NCBI GenBank assembly: GCA_963752255.1
Contig: CAVVXT010000019.1
Coordinates: forward strand, 480,001 to 544,000
Direction of reading: 5' to 3'
Length of the DNA stretch: 64,000 nucleotides
From: Nitrososphaeria archaeon
Lineage (GTDB): Archaea; Thermoproteota; Nitrososphaeria; JACIWG01
The number at the start of each line of letters is the position of its first letter. Position 1 is the first letter of the stretch. The translations under genes were made by a program, and so were the position numbers. Shown here in pieces: positions 19,006-29,252 of the stretch. The notes below the pieces were generated by a model. That model worked only from the letters and a program-made list of their open reading frames with translations, searched no databases and was not told the DNA's origin.

Positions 19006-19419
19006 ATGTTACACCATTATTACAGCTTTCCATGCTCTAAACAGGAATAAATAAATTTAACGTGAACAGTTATCAAACCTGTCAAGACCAATTATGATTA
19101 ACGGCCCACGAACTACCCTAAAAAGAATAGAAACTAAAGACTATAGGGAAACTATGTTACATCTTATTAGATTCTTCTCCACATATAATGTAGATAAGAT
19201 TTTCATCTAAAGGCGCAACGATATCTGTTTACAATGATGTAAAAGTAATTTACAAGGATTACGAAGTCTGACTTAATATATAACACAAACAATATTGATT
19301 TGGTAATCCAAGTTACGATGGTTAAATTTATGATTTAACTCAAAAAAAAACTTTAGCCAATATTTTTAAAAGGGTTATGGTCGGAAAGCAAAGGATATAT
19401 TGACTAATTAATCTTTAAC

Positions 19420-20112
19420 TTAACTGTTTGAGCGAGTTCCATTTGAATTGTCAGTTGATGAAGACATCCAAGGAGTCCTCTTTTTGAATAAGTTTCTTTT
19501 GTAGAAGATAATTTTAACAATACTATAGGAAGGAATCACTGACACCAAAGTTTGAATAATGTTGAATACAGCAGTAAAGACCATAATCACTATCAAAGCG
19601 TCCATATTGCTTTGGAACTGTAACCCTAGTGTAGCGCCTAAGCTTTTGACTGCCAAAACAAAGAAACTTGGCATTAATATCCAGATTATAACGTAATTCA
19701 ATACTGACATCAGAATTATGCGAATCAAAGCGCCAAAAGTCAGTATTAAGCCAATTCCAAAGATTCCAGAAGATTTTAAGCCGATTTTTTTTGCTATATA
19801 TAGCCCGATCCATGCACCTATAATGAGGCCCATTACGGCCAAAAATGCCATAAAAGGACCTATTGGTTGAAATGTTCCAACAAAATTGAGTATTAACCAA
19901 TAAGCGAAAGCCGAGATCACACCAGCTATTGGACCATAAATAAGTGCCCCTATCATAATTGGCAGCTCAGCAATTTGAAATTGTAGATAAGGAAGAAACA
20001 TAAAGTTAAGAGTTGGAAGAAAGGTTAGTATAGCCGATAATGCAGCAAAAATGGCTGACGCAGATAAAGTTTGAACATCAATCCTGGTTACACGGTTAGG
20101 GTGTTCTTTCAC
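19420..20112 (-). CDS. ECF transporter S-component (RibU/PanT-like)
   Basis: AIFAALSAIL, PYLQFQIAELP, YGPIAG; about 6 TM helices. Confidence 0.75.
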   Translation of the reverse strand: MKEHPNRVTRIDVQTLSASAIFAALSAILTFLPTLNFMFLPYLQFQIAELPIMIGALIYGPIAGVISAFAYWLILNFVGTFQPIGPFMAFLAVMGLIIGAWIGLYIAKKIGLKSSGIFGIGLILTFGALIRIILMSVLNYVIIWILMPSFFVLAVKSLGATLGLQFQSNMDALIVIMVFTAVFNIIQTLVSVIPSYSIVKIIFYKRNLFKKRTPWMSSSTDNSNGTRSNS

Positions 20113-20785
20113 GTATCATGTCATTATTTTAGAGTTTATATAATTTTTGTAATTACTAAATTTATGGTATAATTCTAATCACAATTTAACGTATAGTCTA
20201 GCCCAAGAAGCAAATGCACTTTAACTCTTAGTTAAGTTGAATCAAAAATATGTTAAGGGGCTGCCCGTCATATTTGATTAAGAGAGGTTGTAAAGTGTGG
20301 GGAAGAATTTGTTAGGATTTCTCTGGATAAATGGCCTATTTTCTAAATGGCTGCACAGTTTTGAGGAATGCTCCAATAATTATCATTGTGACGAAACAAT
20401 TTTCCAGTTTGCCGGTTGAGAAGGCTAGTCGATAGCAAGGTGCCAGTTTAAGATTCACCTCATATGCTAGGCTTCCACTTTTTTCATCGTTATGACATAG
20501 TTCTAAGCATTTTAAATGCATATTACCCTGAGAATCCCCTATAAACTTAAATAATGCTCAATATGAGTCATTGAATATGACAAGATGGGAGAACGACTCC
20601 GTTCAAGAGAGCAGAGAATATATGCATGGAGTTCGTGAACTCTCATTTCTCAGATTCAATTATGCAATAGGATGGCAAGGAGTTAGATGGAATACGAAAT
20701 ACAACTATCAGCGTGATCACATAAACATGAATCCTACCCACACTTCACTTTCTAGTAGCCTTCTGCAATATGGAGTTGATATTAA

Positions 20786-21349
20786 ATGACTATTCCTATT
20801 AGAGTAACATGTGCACTTGATGAAGACACAGCTAGACTACTTGAAGAGATGAAAGACGAACTTAAAATCTCCCAAAGCGAACTAGTGAGAAAAGCGATCA
20901 GGTTCTTAAAAGAGTACAGAGAAATGGCAGGGGATAAGACACTCAAAAAACTGGGCATTTACCTAGATATGCTTTCCAGCGGGGAACATGTAATTCTTGA
21001 TATGGACCACTGGCTGCTCTTTCTTAAACTGATCGAAACTTCCTCTCAAAAGGACGTTTTCTGGCAAAATAATGAGGAAATCGCGAAATCCCACGCAGAA
21101 CAGTTTACTGCAAAAGGGAACTCCTTGGAAAACGTCCTCGAGCGTTTAGAGGCTTGCAATTTCTTCAAGGTAATTAAACTCTCGGATAGGGAGTTCACCC
21201 TCGTTCTGCTGTCGGAATCTTCGAAAGAGTTCGTCAAGAGGTTCTTGCTGACACTCTTGAACTCAATGGGTTTTGATGTTAGGATCAGAGAAGACTTCGC
21301 TAAGCTTCGCGTGAGCGTAACAAGTAGGGGGCCGTGGAGAGTAAAATAA
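20786..21349 (+). CDS. ribbon-helix-helix (CopG) regulator with C-terminal ligand-binding-like domain
   Basis: RVTCALDE...SQSELVRKAI RHH pattern. Confidence 0.75.
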   Translation: MTIPIRVTCALDEDTARLLEEMKDELKISQSELVRKAIRFLKEYREMAGDKTLKKLGIYLDMLSSGEHVILDMDHWLLFLKLIETSSQKDVFWQNNEEIAKSHAEQFTAKGNSLENVLERLEACNFFKVIKLSDREFTLVLLSESSKEFVKRFLLTLLNSMGFDVRIREDFAKLRVSVTSRGPWRVK

Positions 21350-21381
21350 CCTTCATTTGGAATGACATTGGAAGAACTCAT

Positions 21382-21558
21382 TTACTGGTTTTAGAAGTAA
21401 TAATTGAGAAGACAGAAGGAGAAAGACTAAGGAAAGGTGCGTTTAAGCAATGTTATGGATATGCTCATTTCCTTAACGCTGACTATTTTGCTATCTGCAA
21501 TTCTCGAACTCTAAGCCTATTTAGAAATCCTAGAGACAAACGTTTGGTTCTTTATTAA
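21382..21558 (+). pseudogene. fragment of an HsdR_N-like restriction endonuclease domain
   Basis: LVLEV...AFKQCYGYAHFLNADYFAICNS (QxxxY motif); no N-terminal part. Confidence 0.5.
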
Positions 21559-21705
21559 GTAATAAGAAGCATAAATTGGCTAGTAAACAACTTACCTTCT
21601 TTCTAAAGAATTGCGTGATGTATTCGAATCTAGGCCTTGTTGAGTCTACACCAAAAAAGAAACGCATTGTAATGATGTTCTCGAACAAAAGAAGAAAGAG
21701 GATGT

Positions 21706-23280
21706 TTATCGAAGACTATCGAAATCCCCTTGATCTTTTCTTGTTGTGTATCTCGTTTTCTTGTTGTTTGTTGGCTCCATGCCTGGGAATGGGAACAATG
21801 AGGAGGACTGTGTTCTCGAGTTTGCCCGGAAGTATACCAAGCCTAGAAGTAACCAAATTACTGTGCCAGCCAGTGCAAATAATGCTTCCCAAGCTGAGTC
21901 TCCACCGCCGAGCAAACCGAGCCAAACGACAACTCCAAGCATCAGGACGTTTGCGCTAAGGCCAAGAAGGGGAACTATCCGGCGTTTTAGGATTGAACTG
22001 CGCTCTTTAGCAAAGGCAAGCATCGCCACGATGTTCGTCAACCCGTAGAGTATGAAAGTGCCAACGTTTGAAAGCAAACAAATCGCTGTTAAATTTGTGA
22101 CGGAAAGGACACCGAAGGCACCGATAATCGCTGAAATCAGAGTCATCACCCAGATCCCTATTCCTGGAGTGGCGTACTGTGGATTAATCTTGCTTAGCTG
22201 CTGAGGGACTTCTGTGTCGCTGCTAATGGCATAGGTAACTCGCACGCCTGTGTTCATGCAAGCGAGAGTGGTACCGAGAATTGCCGCAAGAACGACTACT
22301 GCGACTATCATCATGAGAATGAAACCGTTTCCGCCAAGGAATACGTTTCCAAGATTGCGGACCATGTCTCCATAAGGAGCACTTGATGCTGCAGCCGCCG
22401 CTAACCCATCTTTAGGAATCCATGCTAGGAATCCGAAGTATGCGAGTAGGTATACAAAGGCTCCTTGTATTGCGAGAGAGAGAACTACTGCTCTTGGAAC
22501 ATCCTTAGGTTTTTTTGCTTCTGCTGTCAAGGCTGTGGCTGTTTCGAATCCTACCAAGACAAGTATGGCGATAGTTGCTTGAAACAATACGTGGCTAGCG
22601 TTGTGAGGAATAACTATGCTGCCGATGTTGGAGAACTCGAAGCTTAAATTGGGGTTAAGGAAGCGATATGCTAATGCCATTATTGTAACCCCTACTACCA
22701 TAGTGAGCTGGACAATGTTGAGAAGTAGGTTTGTCTTCGTTGATCCCTGTATTCCGCGGTAGGCTATGTAACCGGTTACGGTTGCAAACGCAAATGCAAT
22801 CGCTATCTGGGCGAATGGAGAAACGGCTAAACCTAGTGTCTGTAAGACCCATGACAATAGGACAGCCATGAATGCCACCATCACGCCTGGGTAAACCCAG
22901 TAATAGAGGTGAGAAAGCCAGCCGACCGCGAATTTGGCGTTGCGCGCTGAACGGTTGCTGCTGCCTCGATCAAGCCAGGCTCTTTGAGCAAAATAATATG
23001 AACTTCCTGCGCCGGATTCTGGATAACGTTTGGCCAGCCAAGCATACGAGGCAGCGGTTAGAAATGATAGGATTAAAGCTACTAAGAGCCCGAACCATAT
23101 GTCGGACGCTGTTGGGAATCCAGCAGGGTCTTTCTGAGCTGCTTGAACCTGAATGGTGATCCACAAGAACGCGCCTGGAGCTATTAAAGCCATGGCATTA
23201 ATCGTTAAGCCTGCAAGGCTCAGAGTCTTCCTCATCTTAGGGGGCTGCTGGTTTTGAATACTTGTCGTGTCACTTGCCAT
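21706..23280 (-). CDS. APC family permease
   Basis: About 12 TM helices; GAGSSY, VGFETATALTAEAKKP. Confidence 0.88.
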   Translation of the reverse strand: MASDTTSIQNQQPPKMRKTLSLAGLTINAMALIAPGAFLWITIQVQAAQKDPAGFPTASDIWFGLLVALILSFLTAASYAWLAKRYPESGAGSSYYFAQRAWLDRGSSNRSARNAKFAVGWLSHLYYWVYPGVMVAFMAVLLSWVLQTLGLAVSPFAQIAIAFAFATVTGYIAYRGIQGSTKTNLLLNIVQLTMVVGVTIMALAYRFLNPNLSFEFSNIGSIVIPHNASHVLFQATIAILVLVGFETATALTAEAKKPKDVPRAVVLSLAIQGAFVYLLAYFGFLAWIPKDGLAAAAASSAPYGDMVRNLGNVFLGGNGFILMMIVAVVVLAAILGTTLACMNTGVRVTYAISSDTEVPQQLSKINPQYATPGIGIWVMTLISAIIGAFGVLSVTNLTAICLLSNVGTFILYGLTNIVAMLAFAKERSSILKRRIVPLLGLSANVLMLGVVVWLGLLGGGDSAWEALFALAGTVIWLLLGLVYFRANSRTQSSSLFPFPGMEPTNNKKTRYTTRKDQGDFDSLR

Positions 23281-23448
23281 CTTTTTTAGCCTCTAAAATT
23301 TCCTCTTGAAAGAAAGCGCAGGGTATTCTTCCTGTTCATCTCGCAGCTAGCGCCTCGTCTGTCGTTATCTTTTCCAATGGGAAAATTACAATTCCTTCCA
23401 TTATGATGCTCACCAATTCAATAGTAAAAAATAAAAAATGTCGAGTGT

Positions 23449-23564
23449 AATATAAAGGTAGTTAAGATTTGTTCATAACTATTGTGAAATTATCTTATAA
23501 AAATATAAAAAGGATAAATATGGATATAATATGCCCATTATGGCAATGATAATGACCTAAAATG
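23449..23564 (+). repeat. 116-bp perfect direct repeat, copy 1 (AT-rich, promoter-like)
   Basis: Identical to 24439-24554 base by base. Confidence 0.9.
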
Positions 23565-23612
23565 CCCAAACAAACGAAAAGGGATGGAAAGTAAATCAAT
23601 GAGGAGAAAAGG

Positions 23613-23849
23613 ATGAAAGCATACATTCTAATAAGAACAAAACCTGGAACCTCGTTGGAAGTAGTCAAGAGAATAAAAGAGAAAACCAAAGAAATGATCG
23701 CAGCAGACGCCATATTTGGCCAATACGATGCAGTCATGATTATTGAGGCCTCAGCCCTTGAGAACATAAACCAAATAGTGTACAGGACAGTTGAAAAAGA
23801 CCCAGACGTTATTCGCACGGAAACATCTATTGTGCTAGCACCTGTTTAA
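23613..23849 (+). CDS. stand-alone Lrp/AsnC ligand-binding (RAM) domain protein
   Basis: KAYILI, IFGQYD, VIRTETSIV; no HTH. Confidence 0.85.
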   Translation: MKAYILIRTKPGTSLEVVKRIKEKTKEMIAADAIFGQYDAVMIIEASALENINQIVYRTVEKDPDVIRTETSIVLAPV

Positions 23850-24438
23850 CCTTCAAGCAGGGATCTGGGAGTAGCTTTCAAACAAGTCGCAAGCCAATTC
23901 AGCCAGTAGAATTAGGGTCTCTGGGAAAATTCTCAGACAATCCCTCTTCGATTTTTCTAAAATACGTGGGCTTCTAGCCTCTTACGTTTTTCAGAACTGG
24001 ACCATTCATAGTTGGTTGCTAGCCAAAGTATAAGGAAATCTTGGTGGCTAAGATTTTCCCAGAAATGCATGAGTTGAGGGTCATTGCGGTACTGTCATGG
24101 AAACACATCATCATTAAAAATTATTGGAGAAGACGTTTTTCAAAGAAGAATGCCAAAAGCATTCCCTATGCATCATTTGAGGAAAGACATACTGTGGGAA
24201 AAAACTGAAAAGGGCATCTACCTTCACAGTTTTGTTCTTTAAAATCTACCAAGCGGTTTTTTAAAAAAACTGGTGTTAGCTAAAGGCCAACTCAGACAGA
24301 TGATGAGTTATCATGGTTAAATATCATTTTTGATTTCGGCACGCAGCTTTATTGTTATTACAGCTACAGAACCTATTATTACAAATGTCCAGAACAAATT
24401 TACCACGCCAAACATTATCTTATTCACCTTTAGTTTAG

Positions 24439-24554
24439 AATATAAAGGTAGTTAAGATTTGTTCATAACTATTGTGAAATTATCTTATAAAAATATAAAA
24501 AGGATAAATATGGATATAATATGCCCATTATGGCAATGATAATGACCTAAAATG
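24439..24554 (+). repeat. 116-bp perfect direct repeat, copy 2
   Basis: Identical to 23449-23564; its last 3 nt are the ATG of 24552. Confidence 0.9.
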
Positions 24555-24818
24555 ACAATCTTAGCTTTCGTTGATATCTTCGTGGAATCTACTGAAATGG
24601 ATGATGTCATATCATCTTTGAAGTTGCTTGAAAATCTCCTAGAGCTTTATGAGGTAACGGGTGAAGAAGATATTGTGACTTTGGTTTCCGCGGATGACAT
24701 AGAAGAGTTCAGGGAGGTTCTGAAGAACAAAATAATGAAGATCAAAGGTGTCAAAAGCACGGTTAGCTCGATTGTTCTCAAGGCTCACAAGGGGCCAAAA
24801 TGTGAAGAGGAAATGTAA
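24552..24818 (+). CDS. stand-alone Lrp/AsnC ligand-binding (RAM) domain protein
   Basis: LAFVDI, YEVTGEEDI, IKGVKSTVSSIV. Confidence 0.85.
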   Translation: MTILAFVDIFVESTEMDDVISSLKLLENLLELYEVTGEEDIVTLVSADDIEEFREVLKNKIMKIKGVKSTVSSIVLKAHKGPKCEEEM

Positions 24819-24946
24819 CGGTCAACGTTAGCTTGATTTCTTGATTAATAGGGTGGAAATCAAAATGCCAAAATCAATATCGCTGCTATAATGGAGGAAA
24901 GGAGTCACAGTGAACTGGTTTGTTGGCCTTTGGAGTTTCGGAATAA

Positions 24947-26605
24947 TTGATAGATGCAGTTCAAGCTCTGGCAGTAGTTTTAATACTTGGCGTGACAGTG
25001 GCTCTTGCGAAGCTGCTTGCGCCGTACATAACGCGAGTCTACACTCGAGCTCCAAGCCGTTTAGATAAGATACTGAGTCCTGTTGAGAACTTTATTTACA
25101 AACTGGGTGGTGTGAACCCTGACGAGGTGATGGGTTGGAAGCAGTACTTCCTTTCTGGCTTTCTGCTTAACGTCACCCAAATGGTAATTGGTTTTTTAAT
25201 TTTGGTTTTTCAAGGCCACTTGCCTCTTAATCCTCAAGGTTTTCCTGGCTTAAGTTGGGATTTAGCCCTTAACACGGTTGTTTCGTTTGCCACAAACACG
25301 AATCTCCAGCATTACAATGGTGAAGCCACGCTTTCTATTTTTAGTCAGATGACCGCCATTCAATTTCTTCAATGTATCTCTGCTGCGACTGGCATATGCA
25401 TGGGAATTGCCATGGTACGGGGTTTCATCGTAGGTTCCAGAGACATGGGGAACTTCTATGTTGACTTTGTTAGAACCATCACCAGAATCCTTTTGCCCCT
25501 TTGCATTATTGCTTCAGTTATTCTTGTCGCAATGGGTGTTCCTCAAAGTCTTAATGCCTCCTCTGCTGTGAAAACCGTTGAAGGAACCACACAATCGATC
25601 CTCATCGGGCCTGTTGCGAGCCTTACGTCAATTATGCAGTTGGGAACCAACGGCGGCGGGTACTATGGCGCGAACGCTGCCTATCCATTCATGAATCCGA
25701 GCCCTTACTCAGACATATTTGAGATTGCATTGATGATGCTACTTCCTTTTGCTTTGTGTTTTGTTTTCGGAGAGTTGCTTGGTAAGAGACGGGAATCTAG
25801 GCCTCTTTTGTGGGGTGCGTTAATTCTTATCGGAGTTAATTTGGCGATAGCCTCCTTTCCGAGCATTCCACTCGTTGCGCCTGGTATTGAAACGAGGTTT
25901 GGAGGTTTCATGTCCATTTTTTGGACTGTCATAACTACTGCCTTTACGACTGGGTCTGTAAACTCTTCGTTGTCGGCGATGCATCCGCTGGTGATAGTTT
26001 CGGCGTTCATGGGCATGTTCGTTCAGTCAATCCCTGGCGGAAAGGGTGTTGGCATGATGTACATGATAATGTTCATTATCATAACTGTCTTCATTGTGGG
26101 TCTCATGTCCGGTAGAACGCCTGAATACTTGGAAATTAAGATCACTGGGCAAGATGTGCTGCTTGTTATGATAACTTTTCTAATCCACCCAATTATTATC
26201 CTAATCCCTACTGTTGTCGCATATGCTTCAGGTGCGGCTTCGGCTATCGGCGTGAGCGGTAGCTCTACTGGATACACTCAGATTTTGTATGAATTTACAA
26301 CATCTGCTGCAAACAACGGTTCCGATTTCTTGGGGGCATCAGGAAACACTCTCTTCTTCAACCTGAGCACTGCCATAGTCATTTTCATTGGGCGTTATGC
26401 TCCCATCTCGATCCTTCTTGCGCTCTCGGGCTCAATGATTGGGAGAAAACGAGGCGGTACAACAGGTCTAAGGACTGACAGCCCAGTATTCACTATAGTC
26501 CTAGTCGCAAGCATCATCATACTAGTTGTTTTGACTTTCTTCCCATTCTTGGCATTAGGGCCGATTTCGTCATTCTTTAAAGGGTTGGTGAATGGTTATG
26601 GGTAA
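24947..26605 (+). CDS. kdpA: K+-transporting ATPase subunit A
   Basis: SFATNTNLQHY, LGTNGGG, GRTPEYL, ANNGS filter motifs. Confidence 0.95.
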   Translation: MIDAVQALAVVLILGVTVALAKLLAPYITRVYTRAPSRLDKILSPVENFIYKLGGVNPDEVMGWKQYFLSGFLLNVTQMVIGFLILVFQGHLPLNPQGFPGLSWDLALNTVVSFATNTNLQHYNGEATLSIFSQMTAIQFLQCISAATGICMGIAMVRGFIVGSRDMGNFYVDFVRTITRILLPLCIIASVILVAMGVPQSLNASSAVKTVEGTTQSILIGPVASLTSIMQLGTNGGGYYGANAAYPFMNPSPYSDIFEIALMMLLPFALCFVFGELLGKRRESRPLLWGALILIGVNLAIASFPSIPLVAPGIETRFGGFMSIFWTVITTAFTTGSVNSSLSAMHPLVIVSAFMGMFVQSIPGGKGVGMMYMIMFIIITVFIVGLMSGRTPEYLEIKITGQDVLLVMITFLIHPIIILIPTVVAYASGAASAIGVSGSSTGYTQILYEFTTSAANNGSDFLGASGNTLFFNLSTAIVIFIGRYAPISILLALSGSMIGRKRGGTTGLRTDSPVFTIVLVASIIILVVLTFFPFLALGPISSFFKGLVNGYG

Positions 26606-28772
26606 TGCACCTAAGATCGAACCACGGAAGAAAGATTCAGCTCCCGGAGGCGTGAAATCGGCTTTTTCAAGCAAGGTGCTGGTTGACTCAATAGTCAGAC
26701 TAAGTCCGAAGTCACTGGTCAAGAACCCTGTTATGCTGATCGTCGAAATAACATTCTTCATCGTGGCGGCAATGGCTATTGTTCCTAAGGCCTTTATACC
26801 CGTTGCGAGTCCGAGTCTGCAAATCTTCTACGTTGAAATAGCCTCCATCCTTCTTATTACGGTCTGGTTTAGTACCCTGTCGGATGCCCTTGCGGAGCAG
26901 CAGGCAAAACAAACGGCTGGAAGCTTGCGCAAGCTAGAAACAGAAGTGCTTAGCAAGAAAATCTTGACCGAGGAATGGACTAGAAAAGTTATCACGGTGA
27001 AATCAAATGAGCTCAGAAAGGACGATCTGATCCTTCTCGAGAAAGGTGACGTAGTTCCCTTGGATGCTCATGTTCTTGAGGGAATTGCTATGATAGATGA
27101 ATCTCTCGTCACGGGCGAATCCGCGCCGGTAAGGAAAGCGCCGGGGGACCCGTTGATTGGTGGTTCACGAGTGGTTAGTGATACTTTGACGGCGAAGGTT
27201 ACTACGAACCCTGGTGATACTTTCATCGATCAGATGATAAAGATGGTCGAGTCTTCGAAGAGACCGAAAACGCCCAACGAAATAGCAATTACTATCGTTC
27301 TAATTGGTCTTACTGCGATTTTCACTATAATAATAGTGGCGTTGCTTGGAATGTCTGTTACGCTTCGTCTTAATGCTGATCTTTCGGTTCTCATAGCGCT
27401 TTACGTTTGCCTTCTGCCGACAACAATAGGTGCATTATTGCCTGCAATTGGGTTATCAGGAATGTCACGATTGTACAAGCACAAGATTATTGCAAAGTCG
27501 GGCAAAGCTATTGAGACTGCAGGTGATACGGATGTTGTACTTCTGGATAAAACCGGCACAATTACTGTAGGGAACCGGCTGGCAATCGAATTTATACCGC
27601 TTGAAGGATTTACCGAACGTGATGTGGGTGAAGCAGCCTTCCTCTCGTCTTGGCACGATGATACGCCTGAGGGGCGAAGTATCCTTAGACTCGCGTACGA
27701 AAGAGGGTGGGTGCCCAACGAAATAAATGCTCTGTCAACGTCGAGAGTTCAACCATTCTCAGCTAGTACGCGGACCAGCGGAGTGCAGATAACTCAACAC
27801 TTGGGTATGAAGCTGCTGAAGGGTGGCAGATCTATCGACGAAAGGCTTCGAATCAGGAGAAAATCTTCCTCAGCCACCAAAGCAACTGTTTCTATGCCAG
27901 AACCTGAAATCGAAATAATAAAGGGTGCCCCGGAATCGATAAAGAAACTTGTGCCTTCCGTTCCTACTAATTATGACACATTAGTGGAGAAGATTTCGAT
28001 GGCTGGGGAAACACCGATAGCCATCGCACGGAACGGCAAAGCCATCGGAGTCATTCGCTTGAAGGATGTTCTCAAGGAAGGCATTAGGGGGAAAATAGAA
28101 GCTCTCAAAACCATGGGGATACGTCCGGTTATGATTACCGGAGATCAGCCTTTGACCGCAAAGAGCATTGCGCATGAGGTCGGAATCTATGAACACGTGG
28201 CCCAAGCGAAGCCTGAGGACAAGTTCAGCATCGCCAAAAAGGAGCAAGCTGAAGGTCTTATTGTAGCTATGATAGGTGATGGTACTAATGACGCTCCAGC
28301 CCTTTCGGTTGCTGATGTAGGTCTGGCCATGAATTCTGGGACTGAGGCAGCGAAAGAAGCTGCGAACATGGTTGATTTGGAATCTAATCCTGCAAAAATA
28401 ATTGACGTCATCATGCTGGGGAAACAATTGCTTATGACCCGTGGGGCTGTTACTACTTTCAGCATTGCTAATGATGTTGCAAAATATTTCGCTATAATGC
28501 CTGTTCTGTTTGGTGCTGCCATTCCCCAACTTCAGGCGTTGAACATACTTCATCTGGGGCTAAAGAGCGCTGTCTTGTCTGCATTGATATTTAATGCGAT
28601 CATCATACCGTTGCTGATCCCTCTTGCGATGCGAGGCATCGAGTTTAAGCCTACCGATACCATGACTCTTTTCCTGAAGAATGCGTTGTTTTATGGTGTT
28701 GGCGGTGTCATCGTGCCTTTCGTAGGAATTAAGCTGATCGACCTGCTTCTCATAGGAGTTTTCCACGTTTAG
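26598..28772 (+). CDS. kdpB: K+-transporting P-type ATPase subunit B
   Basis: KNPVM, TGES, LPTTIG, DKTGT, GDGTNDAPAL, ANDVAKYF; start may be 26592 (GTG) or 26598 (ATG). Confidence 0.95.
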   Translation: MGNAPKIEPRKKDSAPGGVKSAFSSKVLVDSIVRLSPKSLVKNPVMLIVEITFFIVAAMAIVPKAFIPVASPSLQIFYVEIASILLITVWFSTLSDALAEQQAKQTAGSLRKLETEVLSKKILTEEWTRKVITVKSNELRKDDLILLEKGDVVPLDAHVLEGIAMIDESLVTGESAPVRKAPGDPLIGGSRVVSDTLTAKVTTNPGDTFIDQMIKMVESSKRPKTPNEIAITIVLIGLTAIFTIIIVALLGMSVTLRLNADLSVLIALYVCLLPTTIGALLPAIGLSGMSRLYKHKIIAKSGKAIETAGDTDVVLLDKTGTITVGNRLAIEFIPLEGFTERDVGEAAFLSSWHDDTPEGRSILRLAYERGWVPNEINALSTSRVQPFSASTRTSGVQITQHLGMKLLKGGRSIDERLRIRRKSSSATKATVSMPEPEIEIIKGAPESIKKLVPSVPTNYDTLVEKISMAGETPIAIARNGKAIGVIRLKDVLKEGIRGKIEALKTMGIRPVMITGDQPLTAKSIAHEVGIYEHVAQAKPEDKFSIAKKEQAEGLIVAMIGDGTNDAPALSVADVGLAMNSGTEAAKEAANMVDLESNPAKIIDVIMLGKQLLMTRGAVTTFSIANDVAKYFAIMPVLFGAAIPQLQALNILHLGLKSAVLSALIFNAIIIPLLIPLAMRGIEFKPTDTMTLFLKNALFYGVGGVIVPFVGIKLIDLLLIGVFHV

Positions 28773-28784
28773 GGATGATTAAAA

Positions 28785-29252
28785 ATGGGTTTGGAAAAAA
28801 AGGAAAAATGGAGTTTCAGACCGATTGTTACTCTTGCAGTTGTTTCGCTGATAATTTGTGGTATGCTTTTCCCTCTTTTCATAACCGTGCTAGGTCAGGT
28901 GTTTTTTCCGTATCAGGCAAACGGCGAGATTGTGCAGTCCAATGGAGGGGCTGTAGGGTCAAACTTGATTTCCCAAAATTTTTCTTTGCCCATTTTCTTT
29001 CATGCACGGAATGATTCTGCTTCAGGAGTCGATCCGGATATCACGGTTCAAGATGCCTACTCGCAGATACCGAGAATAAGTAATGCAACCGGTATCTCAG
29101 CTGATTCCTTGATTGTCCTAGTTAACCAAAATAAAGAGGGTGCTTTGTGGATTTTCGGAAGCCCTTACGTGAATGTGCTCCGCATTAATCTTGTCCTCAT
29201 TAAATCGTATCCTTCCTTTTACAGCGGTTTCTCTGGAAAAAGGAACGGTTAG
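28785..29252 (+). CDS. kdpC: K+-transporting ATPase subunit C
   Basis: FPYQANG, GSNLISQNF, SASGVDPDIT, VNVLRIN. Confidence 0.93.
   Translation: MGLEKKEKWSFRPIVTLAVVSLIICGMLFPLFITVLGQVFFPYQANGEIVQSNGGAVGSNLISQNFSLPIFFHARNDSASGVDPDITVQDAYSQIPRISNATGISADSLIVLVNQNKEGALWIFGSPYVNVLRINLVLIKSYPSFYSGFSGKRNG

Noticed and set aside
20571-20789. 72-aa ORF upstream of the RHH gene (similarly 951-1133, 21576-21959, 45626-45802)
   Set aside because: No recognisable motifs; weak starts or overlap with better-supported features
24819-24946. kdpF upstream of kdpA
   Set aside because: The short ORFs here (e.g. MEERSHSELVCWPLEFRNN) lack the single hydrophobic helix
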